From contig JASGHJ010000002.1 in assembly GCA_047602405.1 (NCBI GenBank), positions 1,344,001 through 1,408,000 of the forward strand: a DNA stretch of 64,000 nucleotides. Direction: 5' to 3'. The notes below the pieces were generated by a model. It searched no databases. It was not told the DNA's origin and saw only the letters and a list, made by a program, of their open reading frames with translations. Made by a program: the position numbers and the translations under genes. Positions 21,151 through 30,542 of this stretch are shown piece by piece (positions within the stretch are counted from its first letter, which is position 1; each line of letters opens with the position of its first letter). This stretch comes from Anaeromyxobacteraceae bacterium. Its GTDB lineage: Bacteria; Myxococcota; Myxococcia; Myxococcales; Anaeromyxobacteraceae.

Positions 21151-21206
21151 TTACTTCTCCTTGGTCTAGGTCGGGGGCGATGGTTGAGGTCGCCCCTCTA
21201 ACCTGC

Positions 21207-21233
21207 CTTTCGGCTCGACCTGGGAGCCCGATA
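21207..21233 (-). promoter_or_regulatory. Candidate sigma28 promoter of flagellin 1
   Basis: Minus strand TATC-N15-GCCGAAAG, compared with TAAA-N15-GCCGATAA. Confidence 0.55.
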
Positions 21234-21337
21234 AGAGCGGAGCGCGCGAGAAAGGTGGATCCGCAGCCGGCGCAGGGCGACCGAGCGCGCGTAGAGGACG
21301 AGGAGCCCGACGGCCCGCTGACCACCGGCCGAGACCG

Positions 21338-23458
21338 TCACGGCGTTGACGGCGAGGCGGGCCTCTCCCCCTTGGGCCAGCGGTCCACCAGCGCCGCGGC
21401 GGCGTGGCGCCAGCGGAGGAAGGAGTGGCCGCCGTACCGCTCCCCGCCCACCTCCACCTCCAGGTCGTGGGGGAGCCGGCCCCGGACCGCCACCGCCACC
21501 GGCTGCGCACCGCGCGCGAGCCGCCGCACGGCGGGCTCGACGTCCTCGGAGAGGCGCACCGCGAGCACGGTGTTGGGATCCGCCTGCTGGAGCACGGCCC
21601 GCGACTCGCGCAGGTGCTCCTCGAGCTCCTCGACGAAGACGAGCTCGCGCAGCACGCCGCGGTGCGCGTCGGCGTAGAGCACCGCCGCGCGGAGCTCGTC
21701 GACGAGCTGGGCGCGGCACTCGATGACGCTGGGGCCCGCGAGCGAGAACGGCCGCCGCTCGCCGGGGGCGAGCGCGAGGTCGGGGGCGTCGGGGTCGGGC
21801 AGGAAGGCGCGCGGCCGGACCGTGAAGGGATCGAGCGCGTAGCGCCGGACCGTGCGGCCGCGGGGCACGAGCACGCGGCCGCCGGCCTCGAGGGCCACCG
21901 GCACCGCGCGCGGCTCCGCGCCTTCCCGCGCGAGCGCCGCGAGCTGGGCGAGCCGCGCGGCGACCGGGTGCGCCTCGCTGCGGGCGGGGACCACCTCGAC
22001 CGCCCCGCCGTGGAGCGCCTCGCGGACGAGCCGGTCCACCGCCTGGTCCGCGGTGAGGACGCGGGCCGAGGGGCGGCGGCCCGGCGCGAGGGTCACGGCG
22101 AGCGCGCCCGGGAAGCCGAGGAGGCGCGCGGGGCCGCGGTTCAGGGGATCGAACGGGGGCCCGGACGGGACCGCGGGCTCCACGACGAGCAGGAGCGTGC
22201 CGCGCTCGCGCCGCTGCGCGAGCCGCGCGACGAGCGCGCGCCAGGGGGGCTCGGTGAACTCGACCATCGGCTCCGGGACGGCCTGGGCGAGCACGGTGAG
22301 CGCGCGGACGCGGGCCTGCACCGGCGTCGCGCCGCGGCCGAGCACCACCCCGGAGCCCAGGCGGACCTCGTGGAAGGCGCCGCGGCGCTCGAGGGTGGTG
22401 GCGAGCGAGCCCGCCGCGAGGAGCCGCGCGCGCAGGGCGGGCAGGAGCGCCCGGGGGATCTCCGCGCCGATGGCCTCCCGCCACGCGTCGCGCGCGTTCG
22501 GCCCGAGGCCGGTGGAGTGGGTGCGCCGGATCACCGCGGCCGCCGCCATCGACAGCTCGCGGGCGAGGGCCAGCACCTCCGCGGCGTCCCCGCCGGGCGG
22601 GGTGAAGGGGTCGCGGGGCCGGGCGTCGTCCGGGTGGGCGAGCTCGACCGCGCGCTCGAGCGCCTCCCGGTGCCGGGGCACGACCTCGGCCGCCCAGGAG
22701 GCGGCGAGCACCGAGGGATCCGCGAGCCGGCGGGCCGGCACGCCCCGCCGGAGGAGCCGCGCCGCGGCCGAGAGCGGGCCGGAGGTGGGGCCGGAGGAGA
22801 TGAGGGTGAGCGCGAGCGCGGCGAGCGGCGCGGGGATGGTGGTCGCGAGCGAGGCGATGACCGCGGGGTCCACGGCGACGCGGGCGGCCGCCTCGATCGC
22901 GGCCCAGGTGGCGACCGAGAAGCCTCCCGCGAGGAGCGTGCCGCAGAGGGCCAGCCGGTGGAAGACCTCGGCGTCGCGGCCGAGGCGGGCGGCGTCGAGC
23001 ACCCGCACCTCGACCCGCGGCTCCGGCGCGCCCACCGCCGCCATCGTCGCGTGCGCGCGCTCCGCGACCGCGTTGACGTCGGAGAGCCGCGTCCCCGGCA
23101 TGACGAGCACGAGCAGCTCGAGCACGTCGCCGACCGGCGCCGCCAGCACCGCCTCGACGAGCGGGGCGCCGCGCTGGGCCCGGAACGGCGGCGGCAGATC
23201 GAAGGACCGCGCGAGCGCCGGCCAGCTCCGGCGCCAGCGCATCCCGGCCACGCCCGGCGCGTCCGCGCGGAGCCGCCCGCGCTCGAAGCTCGCGTGCAGC
23301 GCGATGGGCAGGAGGCGGGCGGCCCGAAGGGTGCGGGCGTCCGGGAAGCTCTCCTTCAGCCAGTGCCCGCGGCGGCGCAGCACGGCCGTGAGCGCGCGGC
23401 GGAGCGCGGCCCGGTCCTCGAGGGGCCTCCCGGACGGGTTGAGCGTCTGGAAGACCAC
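21338..23458 (-). CDS. Hypothetical protein; N-terminus resembles a degenerate class I adenylate cyclase
   Basis: 706-aa ORF starting 4 nt after the flgL stop. LLPIALH...PGVAG, VEVRVLD and TLLAGG occur in CyaA-like order; the catalytic DxD is not evident. Confidence 0.6.
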   Translation of the reverse strand: MVFQTLNPSGRPLEDRAALRRALTAVLRRRGHWLKESFPDARTLRAARLLPIALHASFERGRLRADAPGVAGMRWRRSWPALARSFDLPPPFRAQRGAPLVEAVLAAPVGDVLELLVLVMPGTRLSDVNAVAERAHATMAAVGAPEPRVEVRVLDAARLGRDAEVFHRLALCGTLLAGGFSVATWAAIEAAARVAVDPAVIASLATTIPAPLAALALTLISSGPTSGPLSAAARLLRRGVPARRLADPSVLAASWAAEVVPRHREALERAVELAHPDDARPRDPFTPPGGDAAEVLALARELSMAAAAVIRRTHSTGLGPNARDAWREAIGAEIPRALLPALRARLLAAGSLATTLERRGAFHEVRLGSGVVLGRGATPVQARVRALTVLAQAVPEPMVEFTEPPWRALVARLAQRRERGTLLLVVEPAVPSGPPFDPLNRGPARLLGFPGALAVTLAPGRRPSARVLTADQAVDRLVREALHGGAVEVVPARSEAHPVAARLAQLAALAREGAEPRAVPVALEAGGRVLVPRGRTVRRYALDPFTVRPRAFLPDPDAPDLALAPGERRPFSLAGPSVIECRAQLVDELRAAVLYADAHRGVLRELVFVEELEEHLRESRAVLQQADPNTVLAVRLSEDVEPAVRRLARGAQPVAVAVRGRLPHDLEVEVGGERYGGHSFLRWRHAAAALVDRWPKGERPASPSTP

Positions 23459-23462
23459 CGGC

Positions 23463-24347
23463 TCACCCCAGCTTCTTCAGGAGCGAGAACTGGAAGCCCT
23501 GCGCGGTGGCGGTGAGCGACGCCTCGAGGGCGCGCTCCGCCCGCGCGAGCTCGCTCGCGGCGGCCACGGCGTCGGCGTCGGTGAGGTGGGAGGCGGCCTT
23601 CGTGGCCTCGTCCCGGCCGGCCTGCGAGGCCGCCACCGCCGCGTCGAGCGTGTTCATCACGTTGCCGGTCTCGGTCCGGGCGCGCGCCACCTGGGCGATG
23701 CCGGTGGTGAGCGTGTCGAGCGCGCCCCTGACGCCCGCGACGTCGTTCGCCCCGAGGGCCGTCGCGAAGCCGGAGAGCACGGTCAGGACGTCCACCCCGC
23801 CGCCGGCGCCCTTCACGGCCACGTCGGCCCGGACGCTCGCGGCGGCGGTCACGCCGGGCGCGATCTCGATCTGCTTCACGCCCGCGTCGCCGAGGTAGTT
23901 CCCGGCGGCGTCGAAGGGGGCCGCGTCGGTCTGGTCGCCGCCGAACACGTAGCGCCCGCCGACCTCGGTGTTGAGGGCGCCGAGGGCGTCCTTCAGCAGC
24001 CCCTGGACCTCGGAGACGGCCGCCGCGCGGTCCGCGGCGCCGTAGGTGCCGGACGAGAGCTGGACCGCGAGCTCCTTCGCGCGGATGAGGGCGGTCCCCA
24101 CCGTGCCGAGCGCCTGGTCGGCGGCGGAGATCTCGTCGGAGGCCCGGGCGGCGGTGGTGGCGATGGCGTCGAGCCGCTCGGCCTTCGCGCGGTCGAGGAC
24201 CGCGAGGCCGGCGGCGCCGGGGTCGTCCTTGGCGCGGGAGACGCGGACGCCGGTGGAGGCGACGCCGATGGCCTTCTCGGCGGCGGCGCTGGCGCGCCCG
24301 CCGTCGCGGGTGGCCCGGTCGAAGATCATGCGGTCGGTCACGCGCAT
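23463..24347 (-). CDS. flgL: Hook-associated protein FlgL
   Basis: MRVTDRM, STGVRVSRAKDDP, NTEVGGRYVFGG, SLLKKLG. Confidence 0.93.
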   Translation of the reverse strand: MRVTDRMIFDRATRDGGRASAAAEKAIGVASTGVRVSRAKDDPGAAGLAVLDRAKAERLDAIATTAARASDEISAADQALGTVGTALIRAKELAVQLSSGTYGAADRAAAVSEVQGLLKDALGALNTEVGGRYVFGGDQTDAAPFDAAGNYLGDAGVKQIEIAPGVTAAASVRADVAVKGAGGGVDVLTVLSGFATALGANDVAGVRGALDTLTTGIAQVARARTETGNVMNTLDAAVAASQAGRDEATKAASHLTDADAVAAASELARAERALEASLTATAQGFQFSLLKKLG

Positions 24348-24357
24348 GTCGGGCTCC

Positions 24358-25755
24358 TCACTTGAGCTGCAGCAGGGTGTCGAAGAGATCGGAGGAGGTC
24401 TGGATGACCTTCGCGATCGCCTCGTACCCGCGCTGCGCCTTCTGGAGGTTGATGAGCTCCTCGTCCACCGAGACGCCGCTCACCGACTCGCGCATCGTCT
24501 GGAGGTGGTCGGCGAGCGAGGCGTGGAGGGTGGCGGCCGCCTCCGCGCCGCGCGAGGCGGCGCCGAAGTCGCTCGTGAGCTTCGCGACGGACTGGGCCGC
24601 GGTGCGGCCGCCCGGGAGGGCGAGGCCCTCGCTGGCGATGAGCTGCTGGAGCGCGCCGGCGTTGCCGGGGAGGCCGGCCGCGCTCGAGGCGGTGGCGAGG
24701 AGCGAGGGGTCGGCGACGATGGCGGCGTTCACCCGGAGCGCGCCGGCGGCGCCCGCCGGGGTGAGCCCCGCGTCGAGGAGCGCCCGGCCGGTGCCCCCGT
24801 CGAGCCCGTACCCGGCGGCGTGGGCCGCGTTCACGGTGGCCGCGAAGTCCCAGGCCAGGGTGTCGAGATCGTTCACCGAGGTGCCGAGGGTCGTGTCCCG
24901 CGCCTCGAGCAGCCCGCCGAGCTCGCCGCCGGCCGTGGAGACGGGCAGGGCGGCCTGCCCGGGCTGGGCGAACCGGAGCGCGAGGTGCCCGCCGTTCGCG
25001 GGGTCGGCGATCACCGACAGCGTGCCGGCGGTGATGCCGGTGACGAGCGCGGTGCCGCCGGGCATGAAGAGCGAGAGGTCGCCCTCGCTCGTCGCCACCG
25101 GCGTCGCGCCGGTGAGCTCCGCGAGGCGATCCACCGCCTTCTGGCGGGCGTCGAGGAGGTCGTTCGGCTCTCCGGCGCCGCCGGCCCGCGCGGCGCGGAT
25201 GTCCCGGTTGTAGAGGGCGACCTGCTTCGTGAGGTCGTTCACCTCGTCGACGTCGCCCTTGAGCTTCGCGTCGACGCCGGAGCGGGCCTCCTCGAGGGAC
25301 GCGCGGGTCGCGTTGAACGCGGTCGCGAGGGTCCGGGCCGAGGCCACCGCCGCGGAGCGGAGCGAGGCGTCGGCCGGGTTCTGGCTGAGCGCGCGGAGCG
25401 CCGTGTAGAAGCCGGAGAGCGCCGAGGCGATGCCGTTGGTGTCGGGGTCGAGCGCCGACACGCCGTCGAGCACCGAGGCCTTCGCCGACGCGCCCGCCGA
25501 GAGCCCGAGCTGCGCGGGCAGCTGCGCCTCGAGGAACCGGTCGCGGGCCTGGGTGATGGTCTGCACCGAGACGCCCCGGCCGATGTAGCCGCCGCTGACC
25601 CGCTCCGCGGGCAGGACCGCCTGCAGCTCGACGCGCTGGCGCGCGTAGCCGGGCGTGTTGGCGTTCTGGAGGTTGTGGGACGCCGTGGCCGCCGCCTGCT
25701 GCTGGGCGGCGAGCGCGGACGCTCCGGAGGTGAGGATCGAGATGAGGTCGCTCAT
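24358..25755 (-). CDS. flgK: Hook-associated protein FlgK
   Basis: HNLQNANTPGYARQ, NDLLDAR, SGVSVDEELINL. Confidence 0.96.
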   Translation of the reverse strand: MSDLISILTSGASALAAQQQAAATASHNLQNANTPGYARQRVELQAVLPAERVSGGYIGRGVSVQTITQARDRFLEAQLPAQLGLSAGASAKASVLDGVSALDPDTNGIASALSGFYTALRALSQNPADASLRSAAVASARTLATAFNATRASLEEARSGVDAKLKGDVDEVNDLTKQVALYNRDIRAARAGGAGEPNDLLDARQKAVDRLAELTGATPVATSEGDLSLFMPGGTALVTGITAGTLSVIADPANGGHLALRFAQPGQAALPVSTAGGELGGLLEARDTTLGTSVNDLDTLAWDFAATVNAAHAAGYGLDGGTGRALLDAGLTPAGAAGALRVNAAIVADPSLLATASSAAGLPGNAGALQQLIASEGLALPGGRTAAQSVAKLTSDFGAASRGAEAAATLHASLADHLQTMRESVSGVSVDEELINLQKAQRGYEAIAKVIQTSSDLFDTLLQLK

Positions 25756-25756
25756 G

Positions 25757-26230
25757 TCAGGCCTTGCTCGAGACCGCTGCCACCGCGCGCGCCGTCGTGG
25801 CGCGCCCCCCTCGCCGGTCGTACGCCGTGGGCGCCGGGGCGAGGGCGGTCAGGTAGCCCTGAACGCAGGCGAGGGCTCTCCCCGCCAGCATCAGGTTCAG
25901 TCGGTCGAGCTCGGCCAGCGCCCCCGCGAGCGCGCGCACGTCCGAGAGGCAGGCCGCGAGGGCCTCGGCCTCCTCGGGCACCTGGAGCTTCAGCCGGCTC
26001 ATCGTGACTTCCGAGAGCCCGAGCTCCGCGGCGGCGCGGGCGAGGGCAGAGGCGAGCCGCGCCTCGAGCGCGGCCACCTCGGCGTTGAACGATGCACGGG
26101 CGGACGCCCCCGCGAACAGCTGGTCGGCGTCCAGGGTCCGGAGGATCTCACGCTCGGTGCGCGCCCGCTCCACCTCGGCCTCGAGGGTCGACCGGAGCCG
26201 TTCGGCGGTGCGCAGCGCTTCGTCGAGCAT
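25757..26230 (-). CDS. flgN: Flagellar export chaperone FlgN
   Basis: Helical protein between flgM and flgK, with LNLML...YDRRG near the C-terminus. Confidence 0.75.
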   Translation of the reverse strand: MLDEALRTAERLRSTLEAEVERARTEREILRTLDADQLFAGASARASFNAEVAALEARLASALARAAAELGLSEVTMSRLKLQVPEEAEALAACLSDVRALAGALAELDRLNLMLAGRALACVQGYLTALAPAPTAYDRRGGRATTARAVAAVSSKA

Positions 26231-26262
26231 GATCTCCTCCGTCGGCGGGTCGGTGCCCGCCG

Positions 26263-26562
26263 CTACTTCCCCAGCATCGCCTGGAGCTGCGCGGTGACCT
26301 CCGCCTCGTCCAGGATGCGCTGGGCGATGCGGGCCGCGTCGGGCTTGAACGTGCCCGAGCGGATGGCGGCCTCGATGCTCTCGAGGCGAACGGCACGGTT
26401 GGAGCTCGCGGCCGAGCGGGCGGCATCCGCCGCCGCGCTCACCTGGGCGGTGGCCTCTGTCGAGACCTTGTCCGCCATCCGCGGGCCCTGCTCCGTCTTC
26501 TTCGTGTCCGGCGACCGGTTCGCGTCTACGCGCCGGACCTCACTCGTGTCCTTGACCTTCAT
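26263..26562 (-). CDS. flgM: Anti-sigma28 factor FlgM
   Basis: DKVS...RLESIEAAIRSGTFKPDAARIAQRIL. Confidence 0.9.
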   Translation of the reverse strand: MKVKDTSEVRRVDANRSPDTKKTEQGPRMADKVSTEATAQVSAAADAARSAASSNRAVRLESIEAAIRSGTFKPDAARIAQRILDEAEVTAQLQAMLGK

Positions 26563-26577
26563 GGCGACCTCCTTCGG

Positions 26578-27324
26578 TCAGGGTCCGGTCCCTGCAACCG
26601 CTTCGGCACGGGCCGCGTAAGTCTTAAGGACACGGGCCGGATCCACGGGTCGGCCACCCACCCGAACCTCGAAGTGCAGGTGCGGACCGGTGGAGCGCCC
26701 GGTCGAACCGACCGTCGCGATTTCCTGGCCCGCTTCCACCTTTTCTCCTGGAGTCACCAGAACTTGTGCCGCGTGGCCGTAGAGCGTGACCACGCCGTTC
26801 CCGTGGTCGATCTCGACGGCGTTGCCGTAGCCGCCCCGGGGGCCGGCGCGCAGGACCAGACCGGCGCCAGGTGTGCGAATGGGCGCACCCTCGGGCGCGC
26901 CGAGGTCCACGCCGTGGTGGTCCGCAGGCTCGGCGGTGAGGGGGTCGATCCGGGCCCCGAAGCGGCTCGTGATGGCTCCCTGGACGGGGGGGCCGGAGAG
27001 CGCGGCCAGCGCGGCGCCGGAGGCCGGCGGGGCCACGGCGGGCGCGAGCGCGCGGGCGGGGCCGGGGAGGGGCCCGGGGGCGGCCGCGCCGCCGGACAGC
27101 GACCGGGTCACCTGGTCGGCGAGGCCGAGGCCGCCGGCCTGGGCGACCGCGTCGGCGAGCGCCTCGGCGAACATGCCGGCGCGCACCGACTTGCCGGCGC
27201 CCTCGCCGCCGTCGAACACGCCGCTCGTCTCGATGACCTGCCGGAGCAGCATCGACTCGAGCTGGCGCGCGGCGTCGCGCAGCCTGGGGTCCGTCCCGCC
27301 CGCGGTGGCGCCCGGGAGCCTCAC
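26578..27324 (-). CDS. flgJ: FlgJ-like rod-binding domain fused to an M23 peptidase
   Basis: Follows flgI. LRDAARQLESMLL...GGLGLAD rod-binding motif; HHGVDL and STGPHLHFEV M23 zinc motifs. Confidence 0.8.
   Translation of the reverse strand: MRLPGATAGGTDPRLRDAARQLESMLLRQVIETSGVFDGGEGAGKSVRAGMFAEALADAVAQAGGLGLADQVTRSLSGGAAAPGPLPGPARALAPAVAPPASGAALAALSGPPVQGAITSRFGARIDPLTAEPADHHGVDLGAPEGAPIRTPGAGLVLRAGPRGGYGNAVEIDHGNGVVTLYGHAAQVLVTPGEKVEAGQEIATVGSTGRSTGPHLHFEVRVGGRPVDPARVLKTYAARAEAVAGTGP
26600..26626 (-). promoter_or_regulatory. Sigma28 promoter of flgM (inside the 3' end of the upstream gene)
   Basis: Minus strand TAAG-N15-GCCGAAGC. Confidence 0.7.
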
Positions 27325-28427
27325 TCGAGCACCTCGATGTCGGCGTCGAGCGCGCCGGCGGCCTTCACGGCCTGCAGGATGGCGATGAGGTCGCGCGGCG
27401 TCGCGCCGAGCAGGTTGAGGGCCTTCGCGAGGTCCTCGACCGTGGCGGTGGCCGGCAGCGCGACCGCGTTCCCGGCCGCCTCGTCGGCGCCGGCGCTGTC
27501 GCGGGAGGCCCGGGTGGTCGTGCCCTGGCCGAAGGGGTTCGGCTGCGAGATCACCGGGGTCTTCTGGACGCGGACCGAGAGGCCACCGTGGGCGATCGCG
27601 ACCGGGCGGAGCTTCACGCCGTCGCCGGCCACGACCGTGCCGGTGCGCTCGGAGACGACCACCCGCGCGCGGTGGTCGGCGTCGACCTCGACGCCCTCCA
27701 CCTCGGCGAGGAAGCCCACGAGGTCGTCCTTGCGGGCGTCCGGCACGGTGAGGGTGACGCCGGCCGGGTCGGTCGCCTTGGCGGTGCCGGCGCCGAGCTT
27801 GCCGTTGAGCGCCGCGGCCATGCGGCTCGCGGTGGTCAGGTCGGAGCGGTGCAGCGAGAGGACGAGCGAACCGCCGGCGAGGGCGCCCTCGACGGCGCGC
27901 TCCACGTTGGCGCCGCCCGGCACGCGGCCGGAGGTGGGGGTGTTCTTCCGGACCGAGGCCCCGGAGGTGCCGGCCTCGAAGCCGCCGACCTGCACCGCGC
28001 CCTGCCCGACCGCGTAGACCTTGCCGTCGCCGCCGGTGAGCGGGGTGACGAGGAGCACGCCGCCCTGCAGCGAGCGCGCGTTGCCCATGGAGGCGACCGT
28101 GACGTCGAGCTTCGCGCCGGGCCGGGCGAAGGGCGGGAGCGTCGCGGTGACCATCACCGCGGCCACGTTGCGGGAGCGCACGTCCTTCGGGTCGATGCGG
28201 ATGCCGAGGCGCCCGAGCATGCCCGCCACCGACTGCGAGGTGAAGAGCACGCGCTCGGTGTCGCCGGAGCCGGCGAGGCCGACCACGAGCCCGTAGCCGT
28301 AGAGCGCGTTGTCGCGCACGCCCACCACGTCGGCGAGCTCCTTCACGCGGGCGGCGCGGGCGGGGCGGGCGGCCGCGAGCGCGGTGGCGGCGGCGAGGAC
28401 GGCGAGGACGCGGACGAGGGCGGGCAT
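27321..28427 (-). CDS. flgI: Flagellar P-ring protein FlgI
   Basis: GVRDNALYGYGLVVGLAGSGD, NVAAVMVTA, DLIAILQAVKAAGAL. Confidence 0.97.
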   Translation of the reverse strand: MPALVRVLAVLAAATALAAARPARAARVKELADVVGVRDNALYGYGLVVGLAGSGDTERVLFTSQSVAGMLGRLGIRIDPKDVRSRNVAAVMVTATLPPFARPGAKLDVTVASMGNARSLQGGVLLVTPLTGGDGKVYAVGQGAVQVGGFEAGTSGASVRKNTPTSGRVPGGANVERAVEGALAGGSLVLSLHRSDLTTASRMAAALNGKLGAGTAKATDPAGVTLTVPDARKDDLVGFLAEVEGVEVDADHRARVVVSERTGTVVAGDGVKLRPVAIAHGGLSVRVQKTPVISQPNPFGQGTTTRASRDSAGADEAAGNAVALPATATVEDLAKALNLLGATPRDLIAILQAVKAAGALDADIEVLE

Positions 28428-28436
28428 GGTGGGCGC

Positions 28437-29111
28437 CTAGAACGGCCAGATCCAGGACCAGAACCGCTGCGCGAAGCCCTGGCGGCCGTTGTCGGTGAGG
28501 ATGCCGCGGCCGGTGAACTCGATCTCGGCGTCGGCCACCTTGGTGGAGGAGACCTGGTTGTCCCCGTCGATGTCGATGGGGCGCACGAGGCCGGAGATGT
28601 AGAAGTGCTGCTCCTCGCTGTTCACGAGGACCACCCGGTGCCCCTCGATGAAGAGGTTGCCGTTCGGCAGGACCTTCCGGACGAGGGAGGGCACCGTGGC
28701 GGTGAGCTTCTCGGTGCGGGCGGTCGAGCCGAGCGCCTTGAGCGCGGTCTCCGTCGAGGCGTCGAGCTTGACCGCCGGGATCGCCGAGGCCGCGTTCAGG
28801 AAGGCGGACACCGCCGCGGCGGTCGAGCTCGAGCGAGACAGGTCGGTGTCGCTCGAGCGCTTCGCGTCGGCGATCTCCTCGACCTTCACGACCACGAGGT
28901 CGTTCTCGCGCAGGGCGCGCGCGTCGGTGAAGAGCAGCGAGGTGTTCCGGCCGTCGCGCCAGAGCGAGCCGGGCGTCGAGGCCTGCTCGGTCTCGGCCGC
29001 GTTCGGCACGGCGTACTCGCGCTGCTTCGGCACGTACTTGCCGACGTGCTCCACGCCGCCGCAGGCGGCGAGGGCGAGCGCGGCGAGCGCGAGGGTGAGC
29101 GGGCGCGTCAT
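28437..29111 (-). CDS. flgH: Flagellar L-ring lipoprotein FlgH
   Basis: Lipobox LAAC, GSLW, VLPNGNLFIEG, GLVRPIDI, C-terminal WPF. Confidence 0.95.
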   Translation of the reverse strand: MTRPLTLALAALALAACGGVEHVGKYVPKQREYAVPNAAETEQASTPGSLWRDGRNTSLLFTDARALRENDLVVVKVEEIADAKRSSDTDLSRSSSTAAAVSAFLNAASAIPAVKLDASTETALKALGSTARTEKLTATVPSLVRKVLPNGNLFIEGHRVVLVNSEEQHFYISGLVRPIDIDGDNQVSSTKVADAEIEFTGRGILTDNGRQGFAQRFWSWIWPF

Positions 29112-29740
29112 GGGGCCTCCAGGGCGATGCGGGCGCCGTCCCAGCGGCCCTCGACGCGGCGGCCGCCGGGGAGGAGCGCGCAGGCCTTGCCGCGGGCGCA
29201 GGCGAGCGCCTTGCCGGTGACGGTGAGCTCGACCCCGCCGGCGCGGACCGCCACGGTGACCGGGTCGCCGGGGCCCGGGCCGACGCGCAGGTCGGCCTCG
29301 TCGAGCACGTCGCCGGCGCGGAGCGGGCGGGCCGCGGTGGCGCCGGCGGGGAGCGCCGGGAGGGGTCGGCGGCCGGCCTCGAGGACGACCTCGGCGGCGA
29401 CGGTGGCCCCGGCGAGCGGCTCGCCGGCGCGGAGGTCGCGGGTCGCGCGCAGCCCGGCCGCGGAGACCCGGACGTCGGCCCACGCCACGCCCGTGCAGCG
29501 CGCGCCCACGGCGTCGCGGCCGTCGAAGCCGAGCGGCACCTGGCCCGAGGCGCCCACGGCGCGCGCGGCGCTCCACGCGGCGGGCACGCAGCCGCGCGGG
29601 GTCGCGCCCGACACGCCGCGCACCTCGGCGCGCGCGCCGGGGACCGCGAGCGCGGCGGCCACGGCGGCCTCGGCCGTGGGGGCGGCCGGGAGGGCGGCGC
29701 AGAGCGCGGCGACGACGGGGAGGGCGGAGAGGGCGATCAC
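29108..29740 (-). CDS. flgA: P-ring formation protein FlgA (SAF-like)
   Basis: Lies between flgG and flgH. RATRDLRAGE, ARPLRAGDVL, GDPVTV...GVELTVTGKAL. Confidence 0.7.
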   Translation of the reverse strand: MIALSALPVVAALCAALPAAPTAEAAVAAALAVPGARAEVRGVSGATPRGCVPAAWSAARAVGASGQVPLGFDGRDAVGARCTGVAWADVRVSAAGLRATRDLRAGEPLAGATVAAEVVLEAGRRPLPALPAGATAARPLRAGDVLDEADLRVGPGPGDPVTVAVRAGGVELTVTGKALACARGKACALLPGGRRVEGRWDGARIALEAP

Positions 29741-29744
29741 GTGG

Positions 29745-30530
29745 CTACCGGAGGTTGGTGAGGCGCTGCAGCATCTGGTCGGCGGTCTGGATGACCTTGG
29801 AGTTGAGCTCGTAGGCGCGCTGGGTGGAGATCATGTCGATCATCTCCTCCACGGCCTTCACGTTCGCGCCCTCGAGCGCGCCCTGCAGGATCGTGCCGGT
29901 GCCCTGCTCGCCGGGCCGCACCTGGATCGCCTCGCCGGAGGCCTCGGTGCGCATGTAGAGGTTCCCGCCCACCGCCTCCAGGCCGCCGGGGTTCGCGAAG
30001 GTGCACAGCTCGAGCTGGCCGATCTCCTCGAACTCCTCCTTCGTGGAGAGGCGGGCGAGGACCGTGCCGTCGTTGCGGATGCGCACCTCGGTGGTGTCGA
30101 GCGGGATGTTGACGTCGGGGTCGACGACCTCGCCGTTCGCGGTCACGAGCCGGCCGGTCGAGTCCATCCGGAAGTTGCCGGCGCGGGTGTAGGCGAGCTC
30201 GCCACCGGGCTTCTGGACGCGGAAGAAGCCGTCGCCCTGGATGGCGAGGTCGAGCTGCTGGCTCGTGTTCTGGATGTCGCCGAGCGAGAAGGTGCGGCTC
30301 GTCGAGCCGGTGCGGACGCCCAGGCCGACCTGCAGGGGGGTGGGCGAGGTGCCGCCGCGGGGGTCGGGCGCCTCGGCGCCGCGCAGCGTCTCGGAGAGGA
30401 GGTCCTCGAACTCGGCGCGCACCCGCTTGAAGGCGGTGGTGTTGGTGTTCGCCAGGTTGTTCGAGATGACGTCCATCTTGAGCTGCTGGGCTTCCATCCC
30501 GGTGGCGGCGGTGTAGAGCGAGCGGAGCAT
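29745..30530 (-). CDS. flgG: Distal rod protein FlgG
   Basis: SLYTAATGM, NNLANTNT, YTRAGNF, LEGANVKAVEEM, QRAYELNSK. Confidence 0.97.
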   Translation of the reverse strand: MLRSLYTAATGMEAQQLKMDVISNNLANTNTTAFKRVRAEFEDLLSETLRGAEAPDPRGGTSPTPLQVGLGVRTGSTSRTFSLGDIQNTSQQLDLAIQGDGFFRVQKPGGELAYTRAGNFRMDSTGRLVTANGEVVDPDVNIPLDTTEVRIRNDGTVLARLSTKEEFEEIGQLELCTFANPGGLEAVGGNLYMRTEASGEAIQVRPGEQGTGTILQGALEGANVKAVEEMIDMISTQRAYELNSKVIQTADQMLQRLTNLR

Positions 30531-30542
30531 GGGGTCCTTTCG

